Shown here piece after piece: positions 9,449 through 18,445 of a stretch of DNA of 63,827 nt. The DNA is taken from assembly GCA_027001995.1 (NCBI GenBank), contig JALTLO010000133.1, positions 1 to 63,827 on the forward strand. Direction: 5' to 3'. The notes below the pieces were generated by a model, which saw nothing but the letters and a program-made list of their open reading frames with translations, was not told where the DNA came from and did no database searches. The position numbers were made by a program, and so were the translations under genes. Origin of the DNA: Planctomycetota bacterium. Lineage in GTDB: Bacteria > Planctomycetota > GCA-002687715 > DRQF01. The first letter of the stretch is position 1, and each line of letters begins with the position of its first letter.

Positions 9449-9630
9449 GGTGTCTTCCCCTTTGTTGGTGCCTGCACTGAGAGACTTGGTGCTTAATTGA
9501 ACCTTCAGGTAAGAACTCGGGACGGTGGAGTCGTGACACACCACCGTTGAGCTTTATCTCACTCAAAGATTCGAAACATATCTTGTTGTCTTTGTGCCCC
9601 TTTTCCTTAGGTGCAGCTTCGACCCCCTCT

Positions 9631-9658
9631 CTATCGTTTAAGAATCCAACACTCTGTA
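9631..9658 (-). promoter_or_regulatory. Candidate sigma28 (FliA) promoter for flagellin
   Basis: TACA-N16-AACGATAG on the minus strand versus consensus TAAA-N15/16-GCCGATAA; imperfect match. Confidence 0.35.
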
Positions 9659-9999
9659 GGAAAACCGTTGCTTTTTTCGACACCCTGCATAAGTGACGAG
9701 TTTTTAGTGACTTACATCGATGATTCTCAGTTTCGGCAGGCTGACGATCTGCTTCGAAACGGAAAATATCACCCTGGATGAATATTCGTTTGCCAACTTG
9801 TAGGAAGAAACGACAGCAGAGGAGGAGTGAGGACGGAGGATGAGAGCGTGGACAAGACGAGCATGCACACCTAAGGAAGGCGGGCTAGGGCAACACTGTC
9901 CCCAAGGGAAACGGAATACCTGTGGGTAGACAAAAACCCCAAGCCTTAGGCGGAAGACTGGGGGCAGTTGGGTTTGAATGGTGAATCCTGTTGTGGACC

Positions 10000-11577
10000 C
10001 TACATTGCCTTGCCCTGGGTGAGGACCCAATGACGGCCATCTTTGGCGAATCCCAATTGAAACGAACTCATGCCGTCGACACTGAAGACGTTGTAGTTAA
10101 TGATGTTCTTGTCAAAATCGATCCCATCAATTTCGACACGATTCCCCATTTCATTAATACCTTGGGCCAGGACCAAGAATGCTTTCCGCGTGAGAATTGT
10201 GTCAGAGAATTGGTAGTGGATCATGGAGTACATCCTGAAGTCCAAGCGGCGAATCGAGCGACGCCATACTTCAAAGAGCTGGCCGACTTGCTCCCGCCTG
10301 GAACCCCCATCGAATTCTGGCTTTGTTCTCTTCTTACCTTCGAAGACGATAGATTGAACGCATGATTCTAAAATGGGGCGCCATCGATGTGATTTTTCTA
10401 AGCGCATGCTATAGGAAACGACAATTATGCGACCTTGGTCATGTAGGACATAGGACGCGCCTTGGTAGCCCACCCTTGTCTTAGTGACTTGGGCCTGAGT
10501 CGCGATCCGCAGGGCGCGACGGTTCCCAATCCACGTGTGGGTCGGTTTGTCTGTAGTCATGTTTATGTTGTCGCGGGCAAACTGGTCTCTCAGTCCCTGA
10601 GCGAAAGCTTCAGCAATTGGTAGCAGGTTGGCATCGGTAATGGTCTTTGTTGACTTCATCCTTGGATGGACTGCCATGACGGACAGTTCTAAATCAGGGA
10701 GAGAACCTTTGTTCTTGTCCATGGGAGCAACGAGCTGCACCAGTGCCTTGATACCCTGGAATTCTTTCGTCGAGACAAACGAAGTCGGCTTGAGCATGGA
10801 AATTCCGATGCCGCGATCACGGAAGAGCACCATCGTTGGGTCTTCCCATTCATTCATGGCAGTTGGCTTCGAAGTTGCTTGTTTCGTCTCGACAGGTTTC
10901 ACCTTTGTTGTTTTTTTCTTGGCAGATTTTCGGGAGAAGAGTTCTCGAATGATGGCTGTACTCAGTCCATCTGATTTCAGTTCAATAATGCGAGCGGCGT
11001 CAATCGAATAGACTTCATTGCTATTCTCGATAGCATTGATGATTGTTTCTTCGCTCGCACCATTGGCAGCCATCAAGACAATGGCGTCTAAAGTGAGTTT
11101 CTTGTGATTGGGAACAACAGGCGTATTGTTGCCCCCGACGGCGCGGATCAGTTTTATCAAGACCATGGGAACACCAGCACGCATCAAGCGGATTGAGTCT
11201 TGGGTAGAGAGGGATATTTTGTCCTCACTGCTCTTGATGAACTTGCGCAAAGTCCCGTCGTTCTTGTTGGTTTTCCAATGTTTGATGATGGCATCGACTG
11301 TCACTTTTGACTTCTTCTTTGGAAGATGAGTCTTGAGCCAAGCTAATAAGTCGGGAGCAACTTTTCGTTTCTGCATGAATCGAAGATCCACGTCATCAAT
11401 GTCAAGGACGCGGTTCTCGTCTTCCAAGTAAGCAATGATAGCACTCGTGTTGTATTCGAGCTCGAGAAGAAGTTCGATTTCCTTCCGGTCCACAGTCTCG
11501 GCACCTTGACCCCATAGGGTGGGAGCTAAGACTGAGGTAGATAGGAGACAGATTAACCAAATCGCTGCTGTTTTCAT
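10000..11577 (-). CDS. Secreted hypothetical protein with three helical repeats and a possible PsbP/DcrB-like domain
   Basis: 525-aa ORF with a signal peptide; three ~55-aa repeats; FRDRGIGISMLKP resembles a PsbP-like domain start. Confidence 0.7.
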   Translation of the reverse strand: MKTAAIWLICLLSTSVLAPTLWGQGAETVDRKEIELLLELEYNTSAIIAYLEDENRVLDIDDVDLRFMQKRKVAPDLLAWLKTHLPKKKSKVTVDAIIKHWKTNKNDGTLRKFIKSSEDKISLSTQDSIRLMRAGVPMVLIKLIRAVGGNNTPVVPNHKKLTLDAIVLMAANGASEETIINAIENSNEVYSIDAARIIELKSDGLSTAIIRELFSRKSAKKKTTKVKPVETKQATSKPTAMNEWEDPTMVLFRDRGIGISMLKPTSFVSTKEFQGIKALVQLVAPMDKNKGSLPDLELSVMAVHPRMKSTKTITDANLLPIAEAFAQGLRDQFARDNINMTTDKPTHTWIGNRRALRIATQAQVTKTRVGYQGASYVLHDQGRIIVVSYSMRLEKSHRWRPILESCVQSIVFEGKKRTKPEFDGGSRREQVGQLFEVWRRSIRRLDFRMYSMIHYQFSDTILTRKAFLVLAQGINEMGNRVEIDGIDFDKNIINYNVFSVDGMSSFQLGFAKDGRHWVLTQGKAM

Positions 11578-11679
11578 GGGACACTCTCAAGTTCCGGATA
11601 GACTCTATCTGCCTTTTCTTATCGGAATAGGGAGTGCATAAACTTGAACTCGAAGGATCAAAATGAAGAGAATTCATGC

Positions 11680-13611
11680 ATGAATAGTCACCAAGATCTC
11701 CCTAGAATTGCAGAACTCACCTCCCAAGAGTGGTTGTTAGCACTTGGCAACGGCGGGTACGCCTGCGGAACCGTAAGTGGTCCTAAGACAAGGAGTTACC
11801 ACGGCCTGATGGTGGCGGCATTTGAAGCACCTTTGGATAGAATCTTGGTCCTTTCCCACGTGGATGTCACTTGGATTGGGGAAAACGGCGAAGCCACCGA
11901 TTTTGCATGCCACATTTATGGTGACCATGTTGTCCATCCGAAGGGTTTCTTGCTGCTGACGGGCTTTGAACGCCAGGACGGACCCAAATGGACGTGGGAA
12001 ACCGAAAATATCACCCTGAAATTGCACCTATCGGCCATGGGAGGAAATCGAATCTCTCTTCGATACGTGGTTGAAACTCAACGGCAAGGACACCTACGCC
12101 TCCGTCCCTTTGTCTGCTGGCGTGGCCATCATGGGGGTGAGTCCCCAAGACCAACAGCGCGCTCAGTTCCCGGGGGTACAGACGTTTCGTTTTCAGACAG
12201 TCGGGCTCTGGTTTGTTTCCGGCATGAAGAGACCGCAACTCCTGACTATTTGCTTCACGAGAACTTCAATTACGTCGTTGAGGAAGATCGGGGCCTGTCT
12301 CATTTCGAAGACATGGCCTCTCCATTCTATATGGAGTGCTCCGTATCGCCTGGGACTTCGACTTACACCTTGGAAGTCGAGGCAAAAAGCGGGCAAGAAA
12401 AAGGTATTTCCACCAACCACATGCGCTCCTACCAGTTCGAAAACTCAACGTCCCCAACGGGTCTTCTGAAACAGGCAATTCTGGATTTCTTGATACAAAG
12501 TCCGGGAATGAAAAGCCCGGGGATTATTGCTGGATATCCTTGGTTCAACGAATGGGGAAGAGACACCATGATCGCCCTTCCCGGTGTCGTGGCGGCTCGA
12601 GGGTCGGATGGTCTGGCAAAAGAAATATTGTTGGCGTGGACTGGGTGCCTCAAGGATGGGCTTTTGCCCAATCGTTTAGCGGAAGGAGAAGGGGAGTGTG
12701 GCTACAATTCCGCCGATGCGCCTTTGTGGTACGTTCGTATGGTGCGCCGCTACTATCACCGGGGGGTGAGCCACCCAGACCTTTTGGCGGGAGCCCTTCA
12801 AGTCGTCGATTCCTATTTGAGGGGGACCGACTATAGAATTTTCGTTGATCCGACGGATGGCCTGCTGGCCGCTGGAGACCCCACAACCCAACTCACTTGG
12901 ATGGATGCTTGTTTCGAGGGACATTGTTTTACTCCCAGGAATGGCAAATGTGTCGAATTGAACTCCTTGTTCTTTGAAGCTCTCAATTTCGCCCAAGAGA
13001 TTACCCCGTCCAAAAAAGCCCGCGCCACTTATGAGTCAGCGGCTAAGAGCCTCAAGTCCTCCTTTGAAGAGAAGTTCTTGGATGAGAAGTTGGGCCTCTG
13101 GGACTGTCTTGAAGACGAGAACGTCCGACTTCGACCCAATCAGCTTCTTGCCATTGGCTGCCCTGATAATTTATTGGATGAGAAACAGAAAAAGTTGTGC
13201 TTCGCTCGGGTTCGGGAACATCTCTTGACTCCCTACGGCATCCGGACCTTAGATCCCTGTGACCCTGAGTACCGAGGACGCTACCAGGGTGGGCCCAAGG
13301 AACGCGATGGCGCTTATCACCAAGGAACAGTATGGATGTGGCTCATGGGCCCTTTCATCGATGCCCACTTTTCAGTCTTCGGGTGTTCTCCGAAACAAAA
13401 AAGAGAAGCTGAAGCATATTTAGGCAGTTGTTTGAAGAATCTGCAGGCTGGCATGCAAGGACAGCTCAATGAGATCTTCGATGGCGATTTCCCCTTTACC
13501 CCTCGGGGAGCACCAGCCCAAGCTTGGAGTGCAAGCGAGATAGAAAGAGTTCTGAACGATTGGGATCTGGATCGAAATCGAGTTGACCACTTTTGCCATC
13601 AGGACTCCTGA
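11680..13611 (+). CDS. Glycogen debranching enzyme / amylo-alpha-1,6-glucosidase (GDE_N + GDE_C)
   Basis: EWLL..GNGGYA; TRSYHGL; IAGYPWFNEWGRDTMIALPG; QLTWMDA; AYHQGTVW; QAWS. Confidence 0.93.
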   Translation: MNSHQDLPRIAELTSQEWLLALGNGGYACGTVSGPKTRSYHGLMVAAFEAPLDRILVLSHVDVTWIGENGEATDFACHIYGDHVVHPKGFLLLTGFERQDGPKWTWETENITLKLHLSAMGGNRISLRYVVETQRQGHLRLRPFVCWRGHHGGESPRPTARSVPGGTDVSFSDSRALVCFRHEETATPDYLLHENFNYVVEEDRGLSHFEDMASPFYMECSVSPGTSTYTLEVEAKSGQEKGISTNHMRSYQFENSTSPTGLLKQAILDFLIQSPGMKSPGIIAGYPWFNEWGRDTMIALPGVVAARGSDGLAKEILLAWTGCLKDGLLPNRLAEGEGECGYNSADAPLWYVRMVRRYYHRGVSHPDLLAGALQVVDSYLRGTDYRIFVDPTDGLLAAGDPTTQLTWMDACFEGHCFTPRNGKCVELNSLFFEALNFAQEITPSKKARATYESAAKSLKSSFEEKFLDEKLGLWDCLEDENVRLRPNQLLAIGCPDNLLDEKQKKLCFARVREHLLTPYGIRTLDPCDPEYRGRYQGGPKERDGAYHQGTVWMWLMGPFIDAHFSVFGCSPKQKREAEAYLGSCLKNLQAGMQGQLNEIFDGDFPFTPRGAPAQAWSASEIERVLNDWDLDRNRVDHFCHQDS

Positions 13612-13648
13612 CAGAATTCTTCGACTCCGCCCCGCAGTCCTCACATTT

Positions 13649-13678
13649 TGGACATCGGTTCTAACTTGGCCCTACAAT
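13649..13678 (+). promoter_or_regulatory. Candidate sigma70 promoter
   Basis: TGGACA-N18-TACAAT directly upstream of a self-complementary segment. Confidence 0.4.
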
Positions 13679-13689
13679 TCTCATGATCC

Positions 13690-13860
13690 ATGGGGGGGCC
13701 GTATTTCGACTCATTTCTCTCTCTCCCCAGAAAGCTGAAGAGTAGGTAAACACCTACCTTGGCAGCTCTTGTATAAACTGTACTAATAGGTGGTCCGGAG
13801 AGGGAATCCAAGAGTCTCCATCGGACGGTTTGGGTTTGGACCGAGTTTTGCGGCCCCATT
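13690..13860 (+). ncRNA. Candidate structured RNA or leader, unassigned
   Basis: Terminal pairing GGGGCCG/CGGCCCC; internal stems AGCTG..GTAGGT-AAAC-ACCTAC..CAGCT, GACTC/GAGTC and TCTCTCTCC/GGAGAGGGA. Confidence 0.35.
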
Positions 13861-14032
13861 TTGCGCTTCGCGCGCTATTCGTCTCCGAGGGGGGGATGGA
13901 GATGTGGCTGCAAGGCTCGGTTTTTTTATTGGGCCCCAGGTCTCAGCCTCTCATTTCTTAATTTTTCAAAAAACACGAAATTCAGGTGGATGAATTGATG
14001 GATATAGCCGTCTCTAAGACAATGGAGAAGGT

Positions 14033-14557
14033 ATGTTAAGCGGGATCAAACAAGATCGGCACACAGAAAGACGCAACTTCTTGTTGCGGCTCTTTTCTAG
14101 TCTTCGTGCGGCCCCAGATGACAAAGAGGACTTGGCACAGCAATCCTTGCTTCGTTTCTTGAGTCAGGGATATGCTGAACGCGACTTAGATGACAAGCAA
14201 GAGAACGCTCTCTTGGCTCGCGTTGGTTACAGCACTTTCATTGATTTTTGCCGCAAGAAACGAGCTTCCAATCTCGGCGAACGGGAAGACGAACTGTCAG
14301 ACACAAAATTTGACTGGCAAAGAGAAGAGCAAGTCGAAGAAATCAAGGACCTTATTCTTCGTTCCAAGTTGGAACGAGACGACATTCTCCTCATTGAGAT
14401 GCGTTTTGGAGACGGCAATAGCCTGGTGGAAATCGCCCGTCTGTGCCGTGTTCATGTCAACACAATACGCCGCAGGCTTGAACGGATCCTTGATCGGCTG
14501 CGTCGACAAGCATCACTCGATGGACACACAAAAACCGATGGGAGAGCCCAGTCATGA
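14033..14557 (+). CDS. ECF-family sigma factor (divergent)
   Basis: EDLAQQ and IDFCRK (region 2); MRF.DG.S..EIA......NTIRRRL.R (region 4 HTH); GGAG RBS. Confidence 0.8.
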   Translation: MLSGIKQDRHTERRNFLLRLFSSLRAAPDDKEDLAQQSLLRFLSQGYAERDLDDKQENALLARVGYSTFIDFCRKKRASNLGEREDELSDTKFDWQREEQVEEIKDLILRSKLERDDILLIEMRFGDGNSLVEIARLCRVHVNTIRRRLERILDRLRRQASLDGHTKTDGRAQS

Positions 14558-14952
14558 TGGGACCACGTGAGAACAAGATTATCGTGTCAAAAAAATGTGC
14601 GACGAACATGGCCCGTTGGATTTTGCCAGAGCAGGAGTGGCATCGTTTGGCGGCTCAACGCTTCGATCGTTTTTTGAAACGAGAAGGGCTCAGGGAAAGT
14701 GCTTTTGAAGTTGAGCAGCATGAGCGTGGGAATGATTGGAAGGATATTCGTGAACGCCTCTTTGGCTTGCTTTTCGGAGGTCTCGCAGCGGCCTGTGTCA
14801 TCGTATCACTTTCTTTCTTGCTGGGTGGGAACAGGCTCGATCAGGAATCCACAAAGATCCCTGAACGCAGTGGATTGAAGCAAGCGACTTTCACCATTCG
14901 GGAGATTCCCAAAGTAGACTCAAGACCCTGCCTTCTCGCCATTCGCCCCTAA
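14554..14952 (+). CDS. Single-TM hypothetical protein, putative anti-sigma factor
   Basis: ATGA overlap with the ECF gene; one TM segment (LFGLLFGGLAAACVIVSLSFLLG). Confidence 0.5.
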   Translation: MMGPRENKIIVSKKCATNMARWILPEQEWHRLAAQRFDRFLKREGLRESAFEVEQHERGNDWKDIRERLFGLLFGGLAAACVIVSLSFLLGGNRLDQESTKIPERSGLKQATFTIREIPKVDSRPCLLAIRP

Positions 14953-15000
14953 GCTCGATTGCTTCGCAAGTGGACTGAGGCATCCTAAGATGGCCAAGAA

Positions 15001-16077
15001 TCACTCAAGCAGAGCGTTGCCAATGAACGTGGCAATCTCTTCGTGTTTCACCAAGAAAGCATCGTGTCCCACAGGACTGGTGAATTCGCAGAAGTGACTG
15101 TGATTTCCTGCGGCAATGAGCCCTTCATGTAAGCTAATCTGCTCATCCAAGGTCATGAGTCGATCCTCTTTCACTCCTCCGACGTAGAAAACCGGATTGC
15201 GGTTTGGAATTGGCTTTTTGCGAGACAAATCATGGAGGTCCATGGCGAGGGACAAACGCAAGTAGGCATTCGCGTCGAAACTATTCACGATCTTCGTGCC
15301 CTGGTGGGCTAGGTAAGCTTGAACATCGAAAGTTGGATTCATCAGACTGGGTGGTGCAATGGGTTTCCAATCGAATCGTTCATTGAATTCCGCCTTTGAT
15401 CGATAGAAAACCGTACCGATCTCTCGCGCTAGCTTGACCCCTTCTGTGGGAACATTATCGCCGTAGAACCCTTCGTTAAAAATGGGATCCAGCATGATGG
15501 ATGCCCGGCCCAAGTGACGAATCGCCGCGGTCGCCGGTCGAGTCCGATCCGTGCCGGAGACAGTGACCACCCGTTTGGTCCTGTGGCCGTGATGCACCCC
15601 TAATTCTAATGCTTGCATGGCCCCCATTGATCCGCCACAAACTCCATGCAAGGAATCGATTTCTAGGTGGTCGAGAAGGAGAAGGTGAACCATCACAAGG
15701 TCACCGATGGTTAACAGCGGAAAGTCCCCTTGGTAGGGTTTTTCCTTGTTCTTCGGATTTGGTGAAATGGGGCCGGTGGTGCCGTGACAGCCTCCCAAAA
15801 GACTCGGGCAAATGACGAAGAACTTGTCCGTGTCTATCGGTCGACCTGGACCAATCATGTGCTCCCACCAACCCTTAGAAGGGTCTTTCTCAGAAGAGCG
15901 GGCATGACAATTCGCTGAAAAAGCTGGGAGTACCAGGATGCAGTTGTTTCGAGATGCCCTGAGTTTCCCCCAGGTTTCATAGTAAATGGAAACACATGGC
16001 AAAGAACTTCCGAGTTCTAAGGTTATGCTCTGGTCGATTTCGGCTATCTTGGCGGCTTTTAGACACTGCATGCTCAT
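15001..16077 (-). CDS. metX: MetX-family homoserine/serine O-acyltransferase
   Basis: YETWG.L; GWWEHMIGPGRPIDTDKFFVIC; GGSMG nucleophile; FDAN; GHDAFL. Confidence 0.88.
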   Translation of the reverse strand: MSMQCLKAAKIAEIDQSITLELGSSLPCVSIYYETWGKLRASRNNCILVLPAFSANCHARSSEKDPSKGWWEHMIGPGRPIDTDKFFVICPSLLGGCHGTTGPISPNPKNKEKPYQGDFPLLTIGDLVMVHLLLLDHLEIDSLHGVCGGSMGAMQALELGVHHGHRTKRVVTVSGTDRTRPATAAIRHLGRASIMLDPIFNEGFYGDNVPTEGVKLAREIGTVFYRSKAEFNERFDWKPIAPPSLMNPTFDVQAYLAHQGTKIVNSFDANAYLRLSLAMDLHDLSRKKPIPNRNPVFYVGGVKEDRLMTLDEQISLHEGLIAAGNHSHFCEFTSPVGHDAFLVKHEEIATFIGNALLE

Positions 16078-16130
16078 AGAGTAGGGGCAAGGAGGACGGA
16101 TCTCAACACCGAACCCATGGGATCCTTAAA

Positions 16131-16913
16131 TCAATCCGTGCTCATGGCCCAACCGGAAAGCGCAGCCAGAGGCGAAATCGGCAAGAGTCGAGAAACCAAG
16201 GCGAGAAATTGGGTTTGAAAACCTGGGATGATTCTTATTTTGTTTTTTGCCAAGGCAGACAACCCAGCGGCAGCCACCGATTCTGGGGACTTTCTTGGTA
16301 ATTTGTAAACAAGGCTCTTCGTTTCGTAGCCCCCAGCATCAAAGAACTCTGTATCAGTCACTCCAGGACAAAGGCAGGTGACCGAGATTCCTTCCTTCAT
16401 GAGCTCTCCATGAAGTGATTCGCTGAACATGACGACTCCCGCTTTACTCGCCGAATAGGCCCCATGAAATGGAGTGGGGATCAGGCCAGCAATGCTCGCG
16501 ACATTCAGAATCCAACCTCTCCCTTTCGTGGTCATGGTTGCGGCAGCTTCTTGGCAAAAAAGCAAGGGGACTTCGAAATTGAGACGGTACATACGGTTGA
16601 GTTGACGCTGATCGGCGGCAAGGAAACGGCCGTTCATCCCCATGCCCGCATTGTTGATGAGGACATCGACTCCTGCAATCGCCGATCGGACGGAATCAAA
16701 GCCTTTCGTTTCCAGCAGGTCACAACAAAGAATCTCAGGGAGTGGTTGCCCTTGGACCCGGAGTTCCTCACTCAGTTTCTCTAAACGGTCCCGTCTTCTG
16801 GCGACGATGACACAGGTTGCCCCTTCGGCGGCGAGAAGACGGACAAAAGCCTGTCCAATGCCGCTGGATGCTCCTGTAATCAGAACGCGTTTGCCTCGGA
16901 AGAATTTTTTCAT
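16131..16913 (-). CDS. Short-chain dehydrogenase/reductase
   Basis: TGASSGIG, NNAG and YSASK motifs; ATG 16913 overlaps the upstream stop. Confidence 0.93.
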   Translation of the reverse strand: MKKFFRGKRVLITGASSGIGQAFVRLLAAEGATCVIVARRRDRLEKLSEELRVQGQPLPEILCCDLLETKGFDSVRSAIAGVDVLINNAGMGMNGRFLAADQRQLNRMYRLNFEVPLLFCQEAAATMTTKGRGWILNVASIAGLIPTPFHGAYSASKAGVVMFSESLHGELMKEGISVTCLCPGVTDTEFFDAGGYETKSLVYKLPRKSPESVAAAGLSALAKNKIRIIPGFQTQFLALVSRLLPISPLAALSGWAMSTD

Positions 16914-17446
16914 GGCTGTTGTCCACCGTGAACGTAGAAGACACGGTAGAAGGTTTTCTTTATCGTGCCGTCCGGGGAGTCGAGTTTTTGTTGCCAAAGT
17001 TCAGGAGGAAGGGCGGGAGGTCCAAATTCTGAACTGAGAACAAGCAGACGACCAGGCTTGAGACTTGTGAAGCGAAAATACTCATTTCCGTTTCCTGGCA
17101 ATCGGTGTTTTTGTCGGGGCGGAAGAGGCCATGGCAAATTTTTGGGAGGACCTAACTTGGGGAATACTTGTTGGGGCAGATCACCATCTGAGCATTGGTA
17201 AATCGCCAGGTATCGGGGGGTGGCAGAGGTGAATTCTAAAGAGAATTGCTCTTTGTCGTTGGGGTCGACTTTCAGCTTTACTAAGGAAGTCTGGCGCGAA
17301 TCCTTTGAGGCTTCTCCTTCGATCCATGACCAGAGACCAAAGAAAATGAGTAAGACCAGAATCATCCACACGGCGGCGGTTTCTGGGGCGCGAAAAACGC
17401 CAAAGACTCGGTGGGGTGTACTCTTGAATGTTTCTCCAGAGCTCAT
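16910..17446 (-). CDS. Membrane-anchored hypothetical protein, DUF4384-like
   Basis: N-terminal TM; F.LEF....YLAIY..S.G...QVFP...HRLP pattern; ATGA overlaps on both sides. Confidence 0.55.
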   Translation of the reverse strand: MSSGETFKSTPHRVFGVFRAPETAAVWMILVLLIFFGLWSWIEGEASKDSRQTSLVKLKVDPNDKEQFSLEFTSATPRYLAIYQCSDGDLPQQVFPKLGPPKNLPWPLPPRQKHRLPGNGNEYFRFTSLKPGRLLVLSSEFGPPALPPELWQQKLDSPDGTIKKTFYRVFYVHGGQQP

Positions 17447-18258
17447 TGTTTTCTAAGTTCCTTCGCGACTGCGGCAATGATCACTGTCCTGGACAATAAA
17501 CGCATGCATGTCAGGATCGCTCGATTGCGCCAGTGGGGAACTGCGATCATCCTCCTTTGTTCGAGGGCTTTCATCGCAAAGAGAGCGACTTCCTCAGGGG
17601 TTTGCCAATTGGCCTTTTTGGCCCATCCTTCGTTCAAACTGATACCTGATCGGTCAAAGAAACGTGTTCGGGTCGCACCCGGACAAAGAGTGGTGAGATC
17701 GACCCCTTGGGACCGCAGCTCGTGGTGCAAAGCGCAACCCAAACTCACAAGCCAAGCTTTACTAGCGGCATAGGCCCCTTGCCCCGGAATACCAAAAAAA
17801 CCTGCCATGCTAGCAACCAGAAGGATCTTGCCGGTTCCCATGGCTACCATGGGCTTTGCCAGTTGGTGTAAAAGCTCACCGTGTTCCAGTGAATTCAGAT
17901 GGATTTGTTGCTGGATTGATTCGGGGGAGGCTTGGGCAACGGTGGCTCTCTCCGTCGCCCCAGCGGCCAAGACCATGCCCGCCAAGACTTCGTTTCGATC
18001 GGTTATGAGATGAGCCAAGTCGTTTCCCGCGCCCTCAAAGCTGAGGTCTTGCACGATGATTTCAATGTAAAGACCATTCTCGCCACCACAGCGCTGGGCA
18101 GTTTCTTGGAGGCGCTCTTCATTTCGCCCCACCAAAATCAGCCTCTTTGCTTTGTTTCTCAAGAGCACAGCGATTTCCGCACCGATGCCGCTGCTGGCCC
18201 CCGTGACCAGCCAAGATCCAGATGGTTGCATCGAAGTTTGGGTATTTATGCTGTCCAT
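17443..18258 (-). CDS. Short-chain dehydrogenase/reductase
   Basis: TGASSGIG, YAASK and LCPGAT.T.F motifs. Confidence 0.92.
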   Translation of the reverse strand: MDSINTQTSMQPSGSWLVTGASSGIGAEIAVLLRNKAKRLILVGRNEERLQETAQRCGGENGLYIEIIVQDLSFEGAGNDLAHLITDRNEVLAGMVLAAGATERATVAQASPESIQQQIHLNSLEHGELLHQLAKPMVAMGTGKILLVASMAGFFGIPGQGAYAASKAWLVSLGCALHHELRSQGVDLTTLCPGATRTRFFDRSGISLNEGWAKKANWQTPEEVALFAMKALEQRRMIAVPHWRNRAILTCMRLLSRTVIIAAVAKELRKQ

Positions 18259-18445
18259 CGGCTCTTAATTCGACTCAAACGAGACATTCGTCACAGAGAT
18301 CAGAATACTTCTAACATCGTGACCCCAAAGAGTATAGCGATCATTTTGAGCTTCGTTTTTGAGTTTTATTGAATGATTATTCAAGGTCAGGGTGGATTGA
18401 GACGAGAAATACCCATGAGCCCATGGTCCGAATGCGGAGACAAGA

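Noticed and set aside
9366..10030. Minus-strand ORFs of 105 and 108 aa upstream of flagellin
   Set aside because: No recognizable motifs, and they overlap real genes. The region looks regulatory.
11619..11647. Sigma28-like TCAA...TCCGATAA upstream of the 525-aa gene (minus strand)
   Set aside because: The 17-nt spacer is longer than the 15-16 consensus, so it was not called.
13690..13860. Resemblance to the tmRNA 5' end (GGGGG..TTCGAC)
   Set aside because: No 3' T-arm or CCA end, no tag ORF, and too short.
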